Part shown: positions 31,013 to 41,924 of the stretch, one piece after another
Numbering within the stretch: the first letter of the stretch is position 1
How the letters are laid out: every line of letters begins with the position of its first letter
Origin: an uncultured Flavobacteriaceae bacterium
GTDB taxonomy: Bacteria > Bacteroidota > Bacteroidia > Flavobacteriales > Flavobacteriaceae
NCBI GenBank assembly: GCA_942492305.1
Contig: CALOEI010000003.1
Span: 123,794-187,793, forward strand
Reading direction: 5' to 3'
Length of the DNA: 64,000 nt
Position numbers and translations under genes: made by a program
Notes under the pieces: generated by a model
The model's input: the letters and a program-made list of their open reading frames with translations, nothing else
What the model was told of the DNA's origin: nothing
The model's database searches: none

Positions 31013-32407
31013 TTACAAAGTACCAATCATATCTTCTGGTTTTACCCAGGCATCATATTCTTCGGCAGTAACATAACCTAATTTAACAGCTGTTTCTTTT
31101 AAAGTGGTTCCGTTTTTATGAGCAGTATTTGCAATTTCAGCAGCTTTATAATAACCTATTTTTGTATTTAAAGCCGTTACTAACATTAATGAATTATCTA
31201 CCAATTCTTTAATTCTTTCGTGGTTTGGTTGAATACCATTGGCACAATTTTCTTTGAAGCTAATACAAGCATCACCAATTAAACGTGCAGATTGTAAAAA
31301 GTTTGCTGCCATAACTGGTTTAAAAACATTCAATTCATAATGCCCTTGGGTACCTGCAACAGAAATTGTAACATCATTTCCTATAACTTGTGCACAAACC
31401 ATTGTTAATGCTTCAGATTGCGTTGGATTTACTTTACCAGGCATAATTGAACTTCCTGGTTCATTTGCAGGAATAATTAATTCTCCAATTCCAGATCTTG
31501 GTCCAGATGCCATCATTCTAATATCGTTTCCAATTTTATTTAGAGCTACCGCTAATTGTTTTAAAGCACCGTGACTTTCAACTAGAGCATCGTGCGAAGC
31601 TAAAGCTTCAAATTTATTCTCGGCAGTAATAAATGGTAATCCTGTAAATTCGGCAATTTTTTTAGCTACTAAAATATCGTATCCTTTTGGAGTATTTAAG
31701 CCTGTACCAACTGCTGTTCCGCCTAAAGCTAATTCAGCTAAATGAGGTAACGTGTTTTTCAACGCTTTTAAACCGTGATTCAATTGAGAAACATATCCAG
31801 AAAACTCTTGACCAAGGGTTAAAGGAGTAGCATCCATTAAATGTGTTCTTCCAATTTTTATAACTTTTTCAAATTCCTTAGATTTTTTTAATAAAGTATC
31901 TCTTAATTTTTCTACTCCTGGAATTGTTGTTTCTTTTAGCATTTTGTAACAAGCAATGTGCATGCCTGTAGGAAAAGTATCGTTACTAGATTGCGATTTA
32001 TTTACATCATCATTTGGCTGTAAAGTTTTTTCGCCTTTTCCAATAATATTTCCAGCAATTTCGTGTGCACGATTTGCAATTACTTCATTACAATTCATAT
32101 TACTTTGTGTTCCAGAGCCTGTTTGCCAAATTACAAGCGGAAATTGATTGTCGTGTTTTCCTTCTAAAATTTCATCACAAACAGAAGCAATTAGATCTCT
32201 TTTTTCTGTAGAAAGAACATCTAAATCACAATTTGCATGTGCTGCAGCTTTTTTTAAGTATGCAAATCCATAAATAATTTCTAAAGGCATAGATGCAGCA
32301 GCTCCAATTTTAAAATTATTTATTGAACGTTGGGTTTGCGCTCCCCAATATTTATTTGTTGGGACTTCAACGTTTCCCATAGTATCTTTCTCAATTCTGT
32401 ATTTCAT
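31013..32407 (-). CDS. fumC: Class II fumarate hydratase
   Basis: [23 protein letters not shown] and [11 protein letters not shown]. Confidence 0.96.
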   Translation of the reverse strand: MKYRIEKDTMGNVEVPTNKYWGAQTQRSINNFKIGAAASMPLEIIYGFAYLKKAAAHANCDLDVLSTEKRDLIASVCDEILEGKHDNQFPLVIWQTGSGTQSNMNCNEVIANRAHEIAGNIIGKGEKTLQPNDDVNKSQSSNDTFPTGMHIACYKMLKETTIPGVEKLRDTLLKKSKEFEKVIKIGRTHLMDATPLTLGQEFSGYVSQLNHGLKALKNTLPHLAELALGGTAVGTGLNTPKGYDILVAKKIAEFTGLPFITAENKFEALASHDALVESHGALKQLAVALNKIGNDIRMMASGPRSGIGELIIPANEPGSSIMPGKVNPTQSEALTMVCAQVIGNDVTISVAGTQGHYELNVFKPVMAANFLQSARLIGDACISFKENCANGIQPNHERIKELVDNSLMLVTALNTKIGYYKAAEIANTAHKNGTTLKETAVKLGYVTAEEYDAWVKPEDMIGTL

Positions 32408-32587
32408 TTTGTGTATGTTTTATAATTAATTGTACAAAAAATATTTTAAATCATATTTTTAGAAGTTAAATTTTAAATGTTTTTTCTAATAAAAAAGGAT
32501 AAATAAACTTTTTTTTATACAAACTATTTTCTTCTTCCATTGTATATTTGTAGGAATTAAAATGAAGTTACAATAAAATTATATAAA

Positions 32588-34195
32588 ATGCCTGAATTTA
32601 AATATCAAAAACCGTTTCCAATTACAAAGGACACTACAGAATATCGTTTACTAACAAAAGAACATGTATCTGTGGTTGAATTTGATGGACGTAAAATTTT
32701 AAAAGTAGCACCTGAAGGTCTAGAGATGCTCTCTCAAGAAGCATATCATGATGTGTCTTTTTTCCTCCGTGCATCTCATTTGAAAAAATTAGAATCAATT
32801 TTGAAAGATCCAGAAGCTACGGATAATGATCGTTTTGTTGCTTATACAATGTTGTTAAACCAAATGGTAACTGCATCTGGAGAGTTGCCAACGTGTCAAG
32901 ACACCGGAACTGCAATTTGTGTGGCAAAAAAAGGAGAGGATGTTTATACAGGAGTAAATGATGCAGCGTGTATTTCCAAAGGAGTATATAATACGTATCA
33001 AACAGATAATTTACGATTTTCTCAAATTGTTCCTCAAACAATGTTAAAAGAAAAAAACTCGGGTACTAATCTTCCTGCTCAAATAGATATTTATGCAGAG
33101 CCTGGAAATAAATATGAGTTTTTATTTATAACTAAAGGTGGTGGTTCTGGAAATAAAACATATCTGTATCAAATGACTAAGTCTTTATTAACAGAAGATA
33201 ACTTAACTAATTTTGTTAAAAAGCATATTATGGACTTAGGTACTTCTGCGTGTCCGCCATACCATTTAGCATTTGTTATTGGAGGAACTTCAGCAGAAGC
33301 AAATTTAGCTACTGTTAAAAAAGCATCTGCAGGTTACTTAGATCATTTACCAACTGAAGGAAACGATGGAGGACAAGCGTTTAGAGATTTAGAATGGGAA
33401 GAAAAAATCACTAAAATTTGTCAAGAAAGTGGAGTAGGAGCTCAATTTGGAGGAAAATATTTTGTGCATGATGTACGTGTAATTCGTTTACCACGTCACG
33501 CCGCATCTTGCCCAGTTGGATTAGGAGTTAGCTGTAGTGCAGATCGAAATGTAAAAGGTAAAATTACCGAAGAGGGTATTTTTCTAGAACAATTAGAAAA
33601 AAATCCTGCAAAATTTTTACCAAAGGAAGCACCACACTTAAAAGATGCAATTGAGTTAGATTTGGATCAACCAATGGCTAAAATTCGAGAGGAACTTTCT
33701 AAGCATCCTGTAAAAACACGTTTTAGTTTAAGAGGTACTTTAATTGTTGCTCGAGATATGGCACACGCTAGAATTAGTGAAATGCTTGCTAATGGCGAAG
33801 AAATGCCTCAGTATTTTAAAGATCACCCAGTTTATTATGCTGGGCCAGCTAAAACACCAAAAGGAATGGCTTCAGGTAGTTTTGGGCCAACAACTGCTGG
33901 ACGCATGGATCCGTATGTAGATGCTTTCCAAAAAGCAGGTGGAAGTATGGTAATGGTAGCAAAAGGTAATAGGTCGCAACAAGTAACTGATGCTTGTAAA
34001 GCAAATGGAGGCTTTTATCTTGGTTCTATTGGAGGTCCTGCTGCAATTTTAGCTAAAAACAGTATTAAATCTGTTGAAGTGGTTGACTTTCCAGAATTAG
34101 GAATGGAAGCAGTTAGAAAGATTAAAATTGAAGATTTTCCAGCGTTTTTATTAGTTGATGATAAGGGAAATGATTTTTTTGCAGAATTTAAATAA
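32588..34195 (+). CDS. Class I (Fe-S) fumarate hydratase
   Basis: [32 protein letters not shown] and DDKGNDFF; TATATTTG box at 32543-32550. Confidence 0.95.
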   Translation: MPEFKYQKPFPITKDTTEYRLLTKEHVSVVEFDGRKILKVAPEGLEMLSQEAYHDVSFFLRASHLKKLESILKDPEATDNDRFVAYTMLLNQMVTASGELPTCQDTGTAICVAKKGEDVYTGVNDAACISKGVYNTYQTDNLRFSQIVPQTMLKEKNSGTNLPAQIDIYAEPGNKYEFLFITKGGGSGNKTYLYQMTKSLLTEDNLTNFVKKHIMDLGTSACPPYHLAFVIGGTSAEANLATVKKASAGYLDHLPTEGNDGGQAFRDLEWEEKITKICQESGVGAQFGGKYFVHDVRVIRLPRHAASCPVGLGVSCSADRNVKGKITEEGIFLEQLEKNPAKFLPKEAPHLKDAIELDLDQPMAKIREELSKHPVKTRFSLRGTLIVARDMAHARISEMLANGEEMPQYFKDHPVYYAGPAKTPKGMASGSFGPTTAGRMDPYVDAFQKAGGSMVMVAKGNRSQQVTDACKANGGFYLGSIGGPAAILAKNSIKSVEVVDFPELGMEAVRKIKIEDFPAFLLVDDKGNDFFAEFK

Positions 34196-34283
34196 GAATT
34201 ATCGTTTAAAATAAAGTAATAAAAGAAGGGTTTAATAAAAAAAAATATTATTTTTGTAAAAATTAATAAAAGATATAATAGTT

Positions 34284-34451
34284 ATGGATTTATCTCAATT
34301 TTCTGGTTTTTTAGTATTTTTAACAATCTTTACTATGGGATTTTGGTTAATGTTATTTTTATTAACATTTGCAATTCCGTATTGGTTAGTAGGTTATTTT
34401 AGAGAAGCTTGGAAATACAGAAAAGAAGGAAGGGCAGTACCTAAAAAATAA
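34284..34451 (+). CDS. Small hydrophobic membrane protein (55 aa, not in the ORF track)
   Basis: MDLSQFSGFLVFLTIFTMGFWLMLFLLTFAIPYWLVGYFREAWKYRKEGRAVPKK, followed by a terminator. Confidence 0.65.
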   Translation: MDLSQFSGFLVFLTIFTMGFWLMLFLLTFAIPYWLVGYFREAWKYRKEGRAVPKK

Positions 34452-34471
34452 TTTTTTGGTATTTAATATAT

Positions 34472-34503
34472 AAAAAAAGGGCAATTTAAAATTGCCCTTT
34501 TTT
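34472..34503. terminator. Bidirectional terminator
   Basis: AAAAAAAGGGCAATTT-AAAATTGCCCTTTTTT. Confidence 0.85.
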
Positions 34504-34507
34504 AGTT

Positions 34508-36931
34508 TTATGCTTTAAACATTTCTTCTTCACCACCACCATCAAAACCTCCTTGAGGTCTTTCTCGTTTCTTTTTCTGATTAAATCTATACGTAAAATT
34601 TAACATTACTTGACGTTGTCTCCATTGAAATTCGCCAACAGATACTGTTGTAGGAGAATAACTAGTAGATTTTCTTTTACGTGTATTAAATAAATCGCTT
34701 ACATTTAAAGAAAGTGTTGCGTTTTCTTTAAATATATCTTTACTAAAAGCTAAATTTACACTTAACATACCCTCTCTTTTAGATTGTGCACCTTCTGAAG
34801 GGCCCATATAAAAACCAGTTGTTTGCCAATCTATTCCACCAGGTAATGTTACTCTAGATACCATTCTAGTAAACCAACTTACATTATCAGCATCATAACT
34901 AATGTCTTCAAAATCACCTTCTGTTACAGATTTAAAAAAGTTAAAACTATTATTTAATCTCCACCATTTAAATGGAGTGTAGTTTGTTGTAAACTCAAAT
35001 CCATAACGGTCTTGTGAACTAAGGTTTACAGGTGTTCTAATTATTACTAAAGTAGAAACACCATCAATATCTCTAGTATCTTCAGTTTGTACCCACTCAA
35101 TATTATTAACAGCGTGTTGGTAGTACATAGAGGAGTTTAATGTGAATTTTTCCCATCTTTTTAAATAACCAAAATCAAATGAATTTGTATAAGTTGGGTC
35201 TAAATTTACGTTACCTTTTCTAATATAGGTTTCACTTGTTCTTGATTCAAAAGGATTTAAAAATCTACTTCTTGGACGTCTTAAACGTTTACTATAACCT
35301 AATGTTAAACTTTCTGAATCATTTAATTCTAACCCTAAATTTACTGTGGGAAATAGTTCAGTAAATTTTTTATTATAAACTTCATTTGTTTGAATTAAGT
35401 TAATTTTACGATCTGTTGTTTCACTTCTTAAACCTAATAAATATGAAAACTTATTTATTTTTTTTCCAAATTGAGAATATACAGCAAAAACATCTTGATT
35501 AAAATCTAAGGTGTTAGAGAAATCCGTATTATTTATAAATTGATTGGTTTCTTCATCATAATCTTCTACCAAAAAATCTGTATATAATTCATTTAAATCG
35601 GCTTTGAAACCGAATTCAAATTGCGCATTTTCTCCAATTGGCAATACATAATCTGCTTGAACTAATATATCTTTAGACTCTTCGTCTGTAAAGTTATTTT
35701 CATCATTCACATTAATAATAGCATCACTATTTTCAGTACTTTTTCCATATTGAAAATCTAAAATTAATTTATGACCTTCGGTTTTAAAATCTTGTGTAAA
35801 GTTTAAAGAATACTCAATAGTTTCATCAAATTCTGATTCAAGTTCAATTCGTTCATAAGTACTGCTTAAAACATTACTTGCATCAAATAAACTATTAATA
35901 TTTGTTGAAATATCGTCACCATCAGATTTTCTATAAAGCACTGTACCGGTTAAAGAACTTTTGTCAGATAAAAAATACTCTACTCCAAAAGTTGTATTGA
36001 ATCTATTGTTTTCTCTCTGGTAAGTGGTATTTTCATCTCTATAACTAGAAATTAAATCGTTTTCATCAAAATAAGTAGTTTGGTTTTTAGAATTTCCAGG
36101 AGCATTTCTATAGTTATAACCTGTACTATTAAAAAAGTTTGCCTTATTTGTTCGGTAATTTACATTAATTGAAGCACCAAAATTATCAGGGTTTCCAGCA
36201 TTAGCAGTTAAAGAGCCATTAAAACCTTGCGCTTTTCCTTTACGTAAAACAATGTTTAAAATTCCGGCAGTTCCTTCAGCATCATAACGAGCAGATGGAC
36301 TTGTAATAACTTCAACTTTTTCAATTGCATCAGCAGGTAATTGGCGCAGTGCATCTGTACCACTTAAACCAACTAAGCCAGAAGGTTTTCCGTTTACTAA
36401 AATTCTAACATTTTCGTTACCTCTTAAACTTACATTCCCTTCAACATCTACAGTAACGGAAGGTACATTATCTAATACATCGGAAGCAGAACCACCTTTT
36501 ACGGTCATATCTTTTCCTACATTGTATATTTTTTTATCTAAACGAATTTCAACGGTACTTTTTTCAGCAATTATTTCAACTTCGTTAAGAGCTTGCGCAT
36601 CTAACTCTAATGAAATAACACCTAAATCCGTTGATTTCTTAATCTCTTTATTTGGGAATGTGTAAGTTTTAAAAGATATAAACTCTACGGAAATATTGTA
36701 TGTTCCTCTGGCAACTTGTATTTCAAATAGTCCATTAATATCAGTTATTCCTCCCGTTATAATATCTCCATCTAAAGATTTTATAACAATTGTTGCATAT
36801 TCTAATGGTTGCTGAGTTTCCTTATCAATTACTTTACCTAAAATTGAGATCTTTTCAGAAGGATCGTAATTTTTAGCAGATAGTGTTACTGTAAAGAAAC
36901 TTACTACTATTAATAATATAAAATTTTTCAT
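34508..36931 (-). CDS. TonB-dependent receptor (carboxypeptidase-regulatory-like N-domain plus beta-barrel)
   Basis: GKVID..PLEYATI, VLDNVPSVTVD, IEKVEVITSPSARYDAEG and C-terminal FTYRF. Confidence 0.9.
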   Translation of the reverse strand: MKNFILLIVVSFFTVTLSAKNYDPSEKISILGKVIDKETQQPLEYATIVIKSLDGDIITGGITDINGLFEIQVARGTYNISVEFISFKTYTFPNKEIKKSTDLGVISLELDAQALNEVEIIAEKSTVEIRLDKKIYNVGKDMTVKGGSASDVLDNVPSVTVDVEGNVSLRGNENVRILVNGKPSGLVGLSGTDALRQLPADAIEKVEVITSPSARYDAEGTAGILNIVLRKGKAQGFNGSLTANAGNPDNFGASINVNYRTNKANFFNSTGYNYRNAPGNSKNQTTYFDENDLISSYRDENTTYQRENNRFNTTFGVEYFLSDKSSLTGTVLYRKSDGDDISTNINSLFDASNVLSSTYERIELESEFDETIEYSLNFTQDFKTEGHKLILDFQYGKSTENSDAIINVNDENNFTDEESKDILVQADYVLPIGENAQFEFGFKADLNELYTDFLVEDYDEETNQFINNTDFSNTLDFNQDVFAVYSQFGKKINKFSYLLGLRSETTDRKINLIQTNEVYNKKFTELFPTVNLGLELNDSESLTLGYSKRLRRPRSRFLNPFESRTSETYIRKGNVNLDPTYTNSFDFGYLKRWEKFTLNSSMYYQHAVNNIEWVQTEDTRDIDGVSTLVIIRTPVNLSSQDRYGFEFTTNYTPFKWWRLNNSFNFFKSVTEGDFEDISYDADNVSWFTRMVSRVTLPGGIDWQTTGFYMGPSEGAQSKREGMLSVNLAFSKDIFKENATLSLNVSDLFNTRKRKSTSYSPTTVSVGEFQWRQRQVMLNFTYRFNQKKKRERPQGGFDGGGEEEMFKA

Positions 36932-37163
36932 GTATGATTTTTTAGTTAAAAATATAGTGCAAATATAGGTTAGACTATACTCTTTTTGTGTTAACTAGTG
37001 TTAACGTTTGTTTAAGTCGTTATGAAAAAGAATAAACAAAATATTAAGCGAAAAATCTATATAATTATTTAATATCTAGTAGATTAACGTTTGTTAAATA
37101 TGGTTTTAAGTGTGGAAAGTTGTTATTTAAGGCGATTTCACCTTGTTAAAAAAAACTTAAATT

Positions 37164-37502
37164 TTATAAAATTGTTTTTATCATCTCTGGTGGGCGACCA
37201 ATTACTGCTTTTCCATTATTAATTACAATTGGCCTTTCAATAAGTTTTGGATTTTCAACCATTGCTGAAATTATTTCAGAATCAGACAATTCTTTTCCTT
37301 TAAAATTTTGTTTCCAAATGGCTTCGTTTTTTCGAACCAAATCAATTGGAGAAATGTCTAATAATTTAATAATGTTTGTTAATTCACCTTTTGAAATAGG
37401 CGTATCTAAGTATTTTATTGTTTCAAAAGTAAGTTTAGAATCTTCTAAAATTGCTAAACCTTGTCTGCTTTTACTACATCTAGGATTGTGGTATATTTTC
37501 AT
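37164..37502 (-). CDS. arsC: ArsC family (glutaredoxin-type) arsenate reductase-like protein
   Basis: IYHNPRCSKSR, LIERPIV and IGRPPE. Confidence 0.88.
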   Translation of the reverse strand: MKIYHNPRCSKSRQGLAILEDSKLTFETIKYLDTPISKGELTNIIKLLDISPIDLVRKNEAIWKQNFKGKELSDSEIISAMVENPKLIERPIVINNGKAVIGRPPEMIKTIL

Positions 37503-37529
37503 CTTAAAATTTTTATTAAAAATATATAA

Positions 37530-39920
37530 TTAATAGGTAGGTTTGATATCTTTTTTATCAAAATCAATTACCCTGTCTTTTTTACTTTGGTTAAAGCGAT
37601 AGGTAAATGATAGTAGCATAGTACGGTATTTATTTTTTATTAAACTTGTTGAAAAATAATTAGCATTATATCTATCTCTATCGGTTTCATTCGTTAAAAA
37701 AAGATCATCAACAGTTAAGCTTATTGTAGCGTTATTGTTAAATACATCTTTATTTATAGCTGCACTAATATATGAATATGCTTTCCTGGTAGAATAGGGA
37801 CCTACAGATTTTAGAGTATGTTTTCCATTTAGTTGAAAATCAAACACTTTAGGTATTTTTAATTGTGTAAATAAGCTAAAAGAACCATTTGTACTATTAT
37901 CATTATAATCTAAAAAAATAGTTTCGTTAGCGCTATTAATTATGGTAAAAGTGCCTTTTTGGTCAAAATTATAAATGTTTATATTACTAGTAAAGCTTAA
38001 AGCATTACTAACTTTATACATTGCATTAATATTTATACCGTAATAATTTACTTCACCTAAATTAATAGGCGTTGTTATTATTTTATTAACGCCATCCAAT
38101 TGTTGCCCGGTTTCGTAGGTAATATCTTGCCAATAATCTTTAAAAATTTGATAATAAATACTTGGGAAAAAATTAAATTTATTACCAACACTTGAAAAAC
38201 CAACATTAAAACTATCTACATAAATTGGTTTTAAAGTAGGGTTCCCAATAAAGGATGATGTTTCACTAAATTTCTCTTCAAAAGGTCTTAATCTTTGGTA
38301 GTCAGGTGTTATCATGTTTTTAGAATAACTAAGTGATATACTTTTTATGTCATTAAAATAGTATTCTAATAAAACTGTTGGTAAAAGTTTGTCGAAATTA
38401 TTTTTTTGTGAGTTGTTTAAGTCTAAATAATCAGCTTTCATTTCAATAAATTCAGCTCTTAAACCTAAGCCTAAATAAAGTTTTTCTGATTGATTTTCAA
38501 ATTCTATAAATGCAGCATTTATTCTTTCACTATAGTCAATTTGTTCAAAATCTGTTGTAGTAGTATATTTAAAAGGTAGTTTAAAATAATCACCCTTAAA
38601 ACCAAAGGAATAAGTTGAATTCTCATTAAAAGGATTTGAATATTTAAATTCAACCGAAGTTCTTGTTAACTTATTTTTTTCAATATAATTTTCATCAGAA
38701 AAATTTGTGTTAGAATTGATTACAATATCATCAAATTTATCTTTATCTTTTGTATGCGTTATAGTAGTTGAAAATGTTTCGCCTTCCTTTTTAAAATTTT
38801 GTGTAAAATCAGCAACAAACTCAACCATTTCATTATTAAAATTACCATTAAGTGTTCTATTGTTTAAAAGAATAGCATTGTATGATGCATTAAAAATTTC
38901 TGATGTTGTTAAGGTTTTATTTTTACTTATAGCATTAATATAATTTATGCTAGTATTTAAAGTGCTGTTTTTAGATAAGTAAAATTCGGCTCCAATTGTA
39001 CCATAAAAAACATTTTTTTTATTTTTAAACAAACTATTTTCATTTAAAAATGAAGTAGTACTGTTGTTATTAAAGTATTCACTTTTAAGTATCGATTTAG
39101 TAACAGGTGTACTTTGATTGTAGGAAGAGTTTATATAAAAATTTACATTTTTATCTTTATTATTAATTGTAAATAACCCACCTGAATAATCTTTATAACC
39201 ACCAGTGGCAGTTAATGAAGCATTTAAACCTTCGTCTTTACCCTTTTTTAAAATAATGTTAATAACACTTAATGCAGAACCACTGTATTTTGCACCAGGA
39301 CTTGTAATTACTTCAATATCTTGAATTGCACCTGCAGGAAGTGATTTTAAAGCATTTACACCCGATAACGAGGATGTTTTACCATTTATTAATACTTGAA
39401 CATTTTGTTGCCCTCGAACTGTTATTCCGCCATTTGGATCTACTGAAACAGAAGGAATATTATTTAAAGCATCTGTTGCAACTCCGCTTGCAGCAACTAA
39501 GTCTTTGTCTACGTGAAAAATAAGTTTATTTGGTTTTAATTCAATTGCTCTTTTTTCTCCAGTTATTTCAATAGCTTCTAAAAATTCAATATCAACTTCT
39601 AATGCAATAGTTCCGATATTTAAATCTCTATTAATGGTTGAGATATTAATTTTTTTAGATTTATATGAAATATATTCTGCTGTTACATTATATAAACCTT
39701 CTTCAACTTCAATCGAAAAATTGCCTCTCGCATTTGTAATTCCACCAAATTTTATGGTGTTTGAATCAACACTTTTAAATACAATTGTGGCATCTTCTAA
39801 TGCATTTTTTGTTTTGCCATCAATTATTTTACCGGATATTGTATAAGTTTCTTTTTTTAAATTTTGACTAAAATTTATTAGTGGGGTTAGTATGATTAGC
39901 AATAAAAATATTCTTCTCAT
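37530..39920 (-). CDS. TonB-dependent receptor, diverged paralog of 34508-36931
   Basis: Start MRRIFLL, with LNNIPSVSVD, IEVITSPGAKY and FTYRFNQ. Confidence 0.88.
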   Translation of the reverse strand: MRRIFLLLIILTPLINFSQNLKKETYTISGKIIDGKTKNALEDATIVFKSVDSNTIKFGGITNARGNFSIEVEEGLYNVTAEYISYKSKKINISTINRDLNIGTIALEVDIEFLEAIEITGEKRAIELKPNKLIFHVDKDLVAASGVATDALNNIPSVSVDPNGGITVRGQQNVQVLINGKTSSLSGVNALKSLPAGAIQDIEVITSPGAKYSGSALSVINIILKKGKDEGLNASLTATGGYKDYSGGLFTINNKDKNVNFYINSSYNQSTPVTKSILKSEYFNNNSTTSFLNENSLFKNKKNVFYGTIGAEFYLSKNSTLNTSINYINAISKNKTLTTSEIFNASYNAILLNNRTLNGNFNNEMVEFVADFTQNFKKEGETFSTTITHTKDKDKFDDIVINSNTNFSDENYIEKNKLTRTSVEFKYSNPFNENSTYSFGFKGDYFKLPFKYTTTTDFEQIDYSERINAAFIEFENQSEKLYLGLGLRAEFIEMKADYLDLNNSQKNNFDKLLPTVLLEYYFNDIKSISLSYSKNMITPDYQRLRPFEEKFSETSSFIGNPTLKPIYVDSFNVGFSSVGNKFNFFPSIYYQIFKDYWQDITYETGQQLDGVNKIITTPINLGEVNYYGININAMYKVSNALSFTSNINIYNFDQKGTFTIINSANETIFLDYNDNSTNGSFSLFTQLKIPKVFDFQLNGKHTLKSVGPYSTRKAYSYISAAINKDVFNNNATISLTVDDLFLTNETDRDRYNANYFSTSLIKNKYRTMLLSFTYRFNQSKKDRVIDFDKKDIKPTY

Positions 39921-40068
39921 AAAATGATTTTTTATTAAACATAACAATTTTTGAATCAATTAATAATGATAATTAAATTTCTACAACTACGAAAATACAA
40001 ATTATTAGTAAAAACAAACCATTTGTGATTAATTATTTACCTTTTATTTGAATTTTAGATTGTTAATA

Positions 40069-40690
40069 TTAATTTATTTTAAATAAATAATTTAACTTTT
40101 CAGTTAAATTTAAACCTTTTGTATAATAAATTCCATTAATTTTTAATGCATTTGCAGATTTTATATTTTCTTTATTATCATCAATAAAAATGGCTTTTTC
40201 TGGAATGATATTGTATCGGTTTAAAATTAGTTTATATATATCTAAAAACGGTTTTCTTGTTTTTTCTTGACCTGAAACAACAACTCCATCAAAATCTTTA
40301 AAAAAAGGAAACAACTGTAACGCCTTTATCCCATTTTTCTGCACTCCAATTTGTTAAGGCGTAAATTTTATAATTGCCTGTTGTTTTTAGTTTTTTAAAA
40401 AGCTGCAAATTTTCTGTAATTGGACCAGAAAACATTTCTTCCCATCGGTTATAAAAACTTATAATTTCATTTTTATATTCTGGAAATTCAGCAATTTTTA
40501 TAGCATTTGCTTCTGCAATAGTTCTACCGGCATCTTGAGCTGCGTTCCATTCGGATGTACACACGTTTTTTAAAAACCATTGTACTTTGTGTTCATCTCC
40601 ATTAAAAACTTTTCGATATAAATATTCAGGTTTCCAATCTACTAAAACGCCGCCAAGGTCAAAAATTATGGTATCAATTTTAGGATGCAT
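40069..40690 (-). CDS. HAD family phosphatase; frameshift near 40330, likely an error
   Basis: IFDLGGVL and ALTNWS in one frame; VVSGQEKTRKP and FIDD in the next. Confidence 0.85.
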
Positions 40691-41796
40691 TATAACTCAT
40701 TTTTATCATCAACTTGTCCTTGCTGCATTAAATAAGCTTTTATAAATCCATCTATTTCCCCATTCATAACTGCATCTACATTACCAGTTTCAAAAGCTGT
40801 TCTAACATCTTTAACCAATTTATATGGATGCATTACATAATTTCTAATTTGCGAACCAAAATCAATTTTCATTTTTCCAGCTTCAATATCACTTCGCGCT
40901 TCTTGCTGTTTTCTCAACTCAAGTTCGTATAATTGAGATTTTAACATTTGCATTGCTCTATCTCTGTTTTCGTGCTGTGAGCGAGTTTCAGAACAAGAAA
41001 TTTGAATACCAGTTGGTTTATGTGTTAATTGTACTTTGGTTTCAACTTTATTTACATTTTGTCCTCCAGCACCACTAGAACGCGACGTTATTATTTCAAT
41101 ATCAGCTGGATTTATAGTAATTTCAATGCTATCATCTACAAGCGGATATACATATACAGAAGCAAAACTTGTATGACGTTTTGCATTGCTATCAAACGGT
41201 GAAATTCTAACTAACCGATGTACGCCATTTTCGCCTTTTAAATATCCAAAAGCAAATTCGCCATCAATTTCTAAAGTAACGGTTTTAATTCCGGTAACAT
41301 CACCTTCTTGGTAGTTAAGTTCTCTAATTTTAAAACCTTGTTTTTCAGCCCACATTAAATACATGCGCATTAACATAATTGCCCAGTCGCAACTTTCAGT
41401 ACCACCAGCACCAGCAGTAATTTGAAGCACAGCACTTAAATTATCGCCTTCTTCAGACAGCATATTTCTAAACTCTAAATTTTCTAATAATTCAACAGTT
41501 TTATTGTATAGTTTTTCAACTTCTTGTTCTGTAGCTTCTCCTTCAGTATAAAAATCTAATAGAATAGAAGTTTCTTCAAATAACGTTTTAATGGCTTCAA
41601 AATCTTCTACCCATTTTTTTTTAGAACGTAATGCTTTCATTACAATTTCAGCTTCTCTTGGATTGTTCCAAAAATTTGGATTTGCAGTTTTTTCTTCTTC
41701 ATTTGAAATTTCAATTATTTTTTTGTCAATTTCAAGGTAAGTTTTTAAATTGCCAATGCGTATTTTTAATTTATTTAGATGTTCGTTTGATATCAT
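40690..41796 (-). CDS. prfB: Peptide chain release factor 2, continuous ORF with no programmed frameshift
   Basis: [16 protein letters not shown] (SPF motif), GAGGQ and SQIRNY. Confidence 0.95.
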   Translation of the reverse strand: MISNEHLNKLKIRIGNLKTYLEIDKKIIEISNEEEKTANPNFWNNPREAEIVMKALRSKKKWVEDFEAIKTLFEETSILLDFYTEGEATEQEVEKLYNKTVELLENLEFRNMLSEEGDNLSAVLQITAGAGGTESCDWAIMLMRMYLMWAEKQGFKIRELNYQEGDVTGIKTVTLEIDGEFAFGYLKGENGVHRLVRISPFDSNAKRHTSFASVYVYPLVDDSIEITINPADIEIITSRSSGAGGQNVNKVETKVQLTHKPTGIQISCSETRSQHENRDRAMQMLKSQLYELELRKQQEARSDIEAGKMKIDFGSQIRNYVMHPYKLVKDVRTAFETGNVDAVMNGEIDGFIKAYLMQQGQVDDKNEL

Positions 41797-41924
41797 TTTG
41801 TTAATTAAGAAATACAAAAATAACTTTTCATTTTTAAACTAATTATAAATTAATTAAATACATATTATAAAAATTTAAAAAAGCAATATTTAGTTACTAT
41901 ATTTGATACATTAAAATTTAAAAA

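Noticed and set aside
37164-37502. arsC as an arsenic resistance island
   Set aside because: There is no arsR, arsB or acr3 nearby, and stand-alone ArsC-family genes are common core genes.
39958-39980. Fur-box-like AATAATGATAAT upstream of the second TonB-dependent receptor
   Set aside because: Only a half match in very AT-rich DNA, so it cannot be distinguished from chance.
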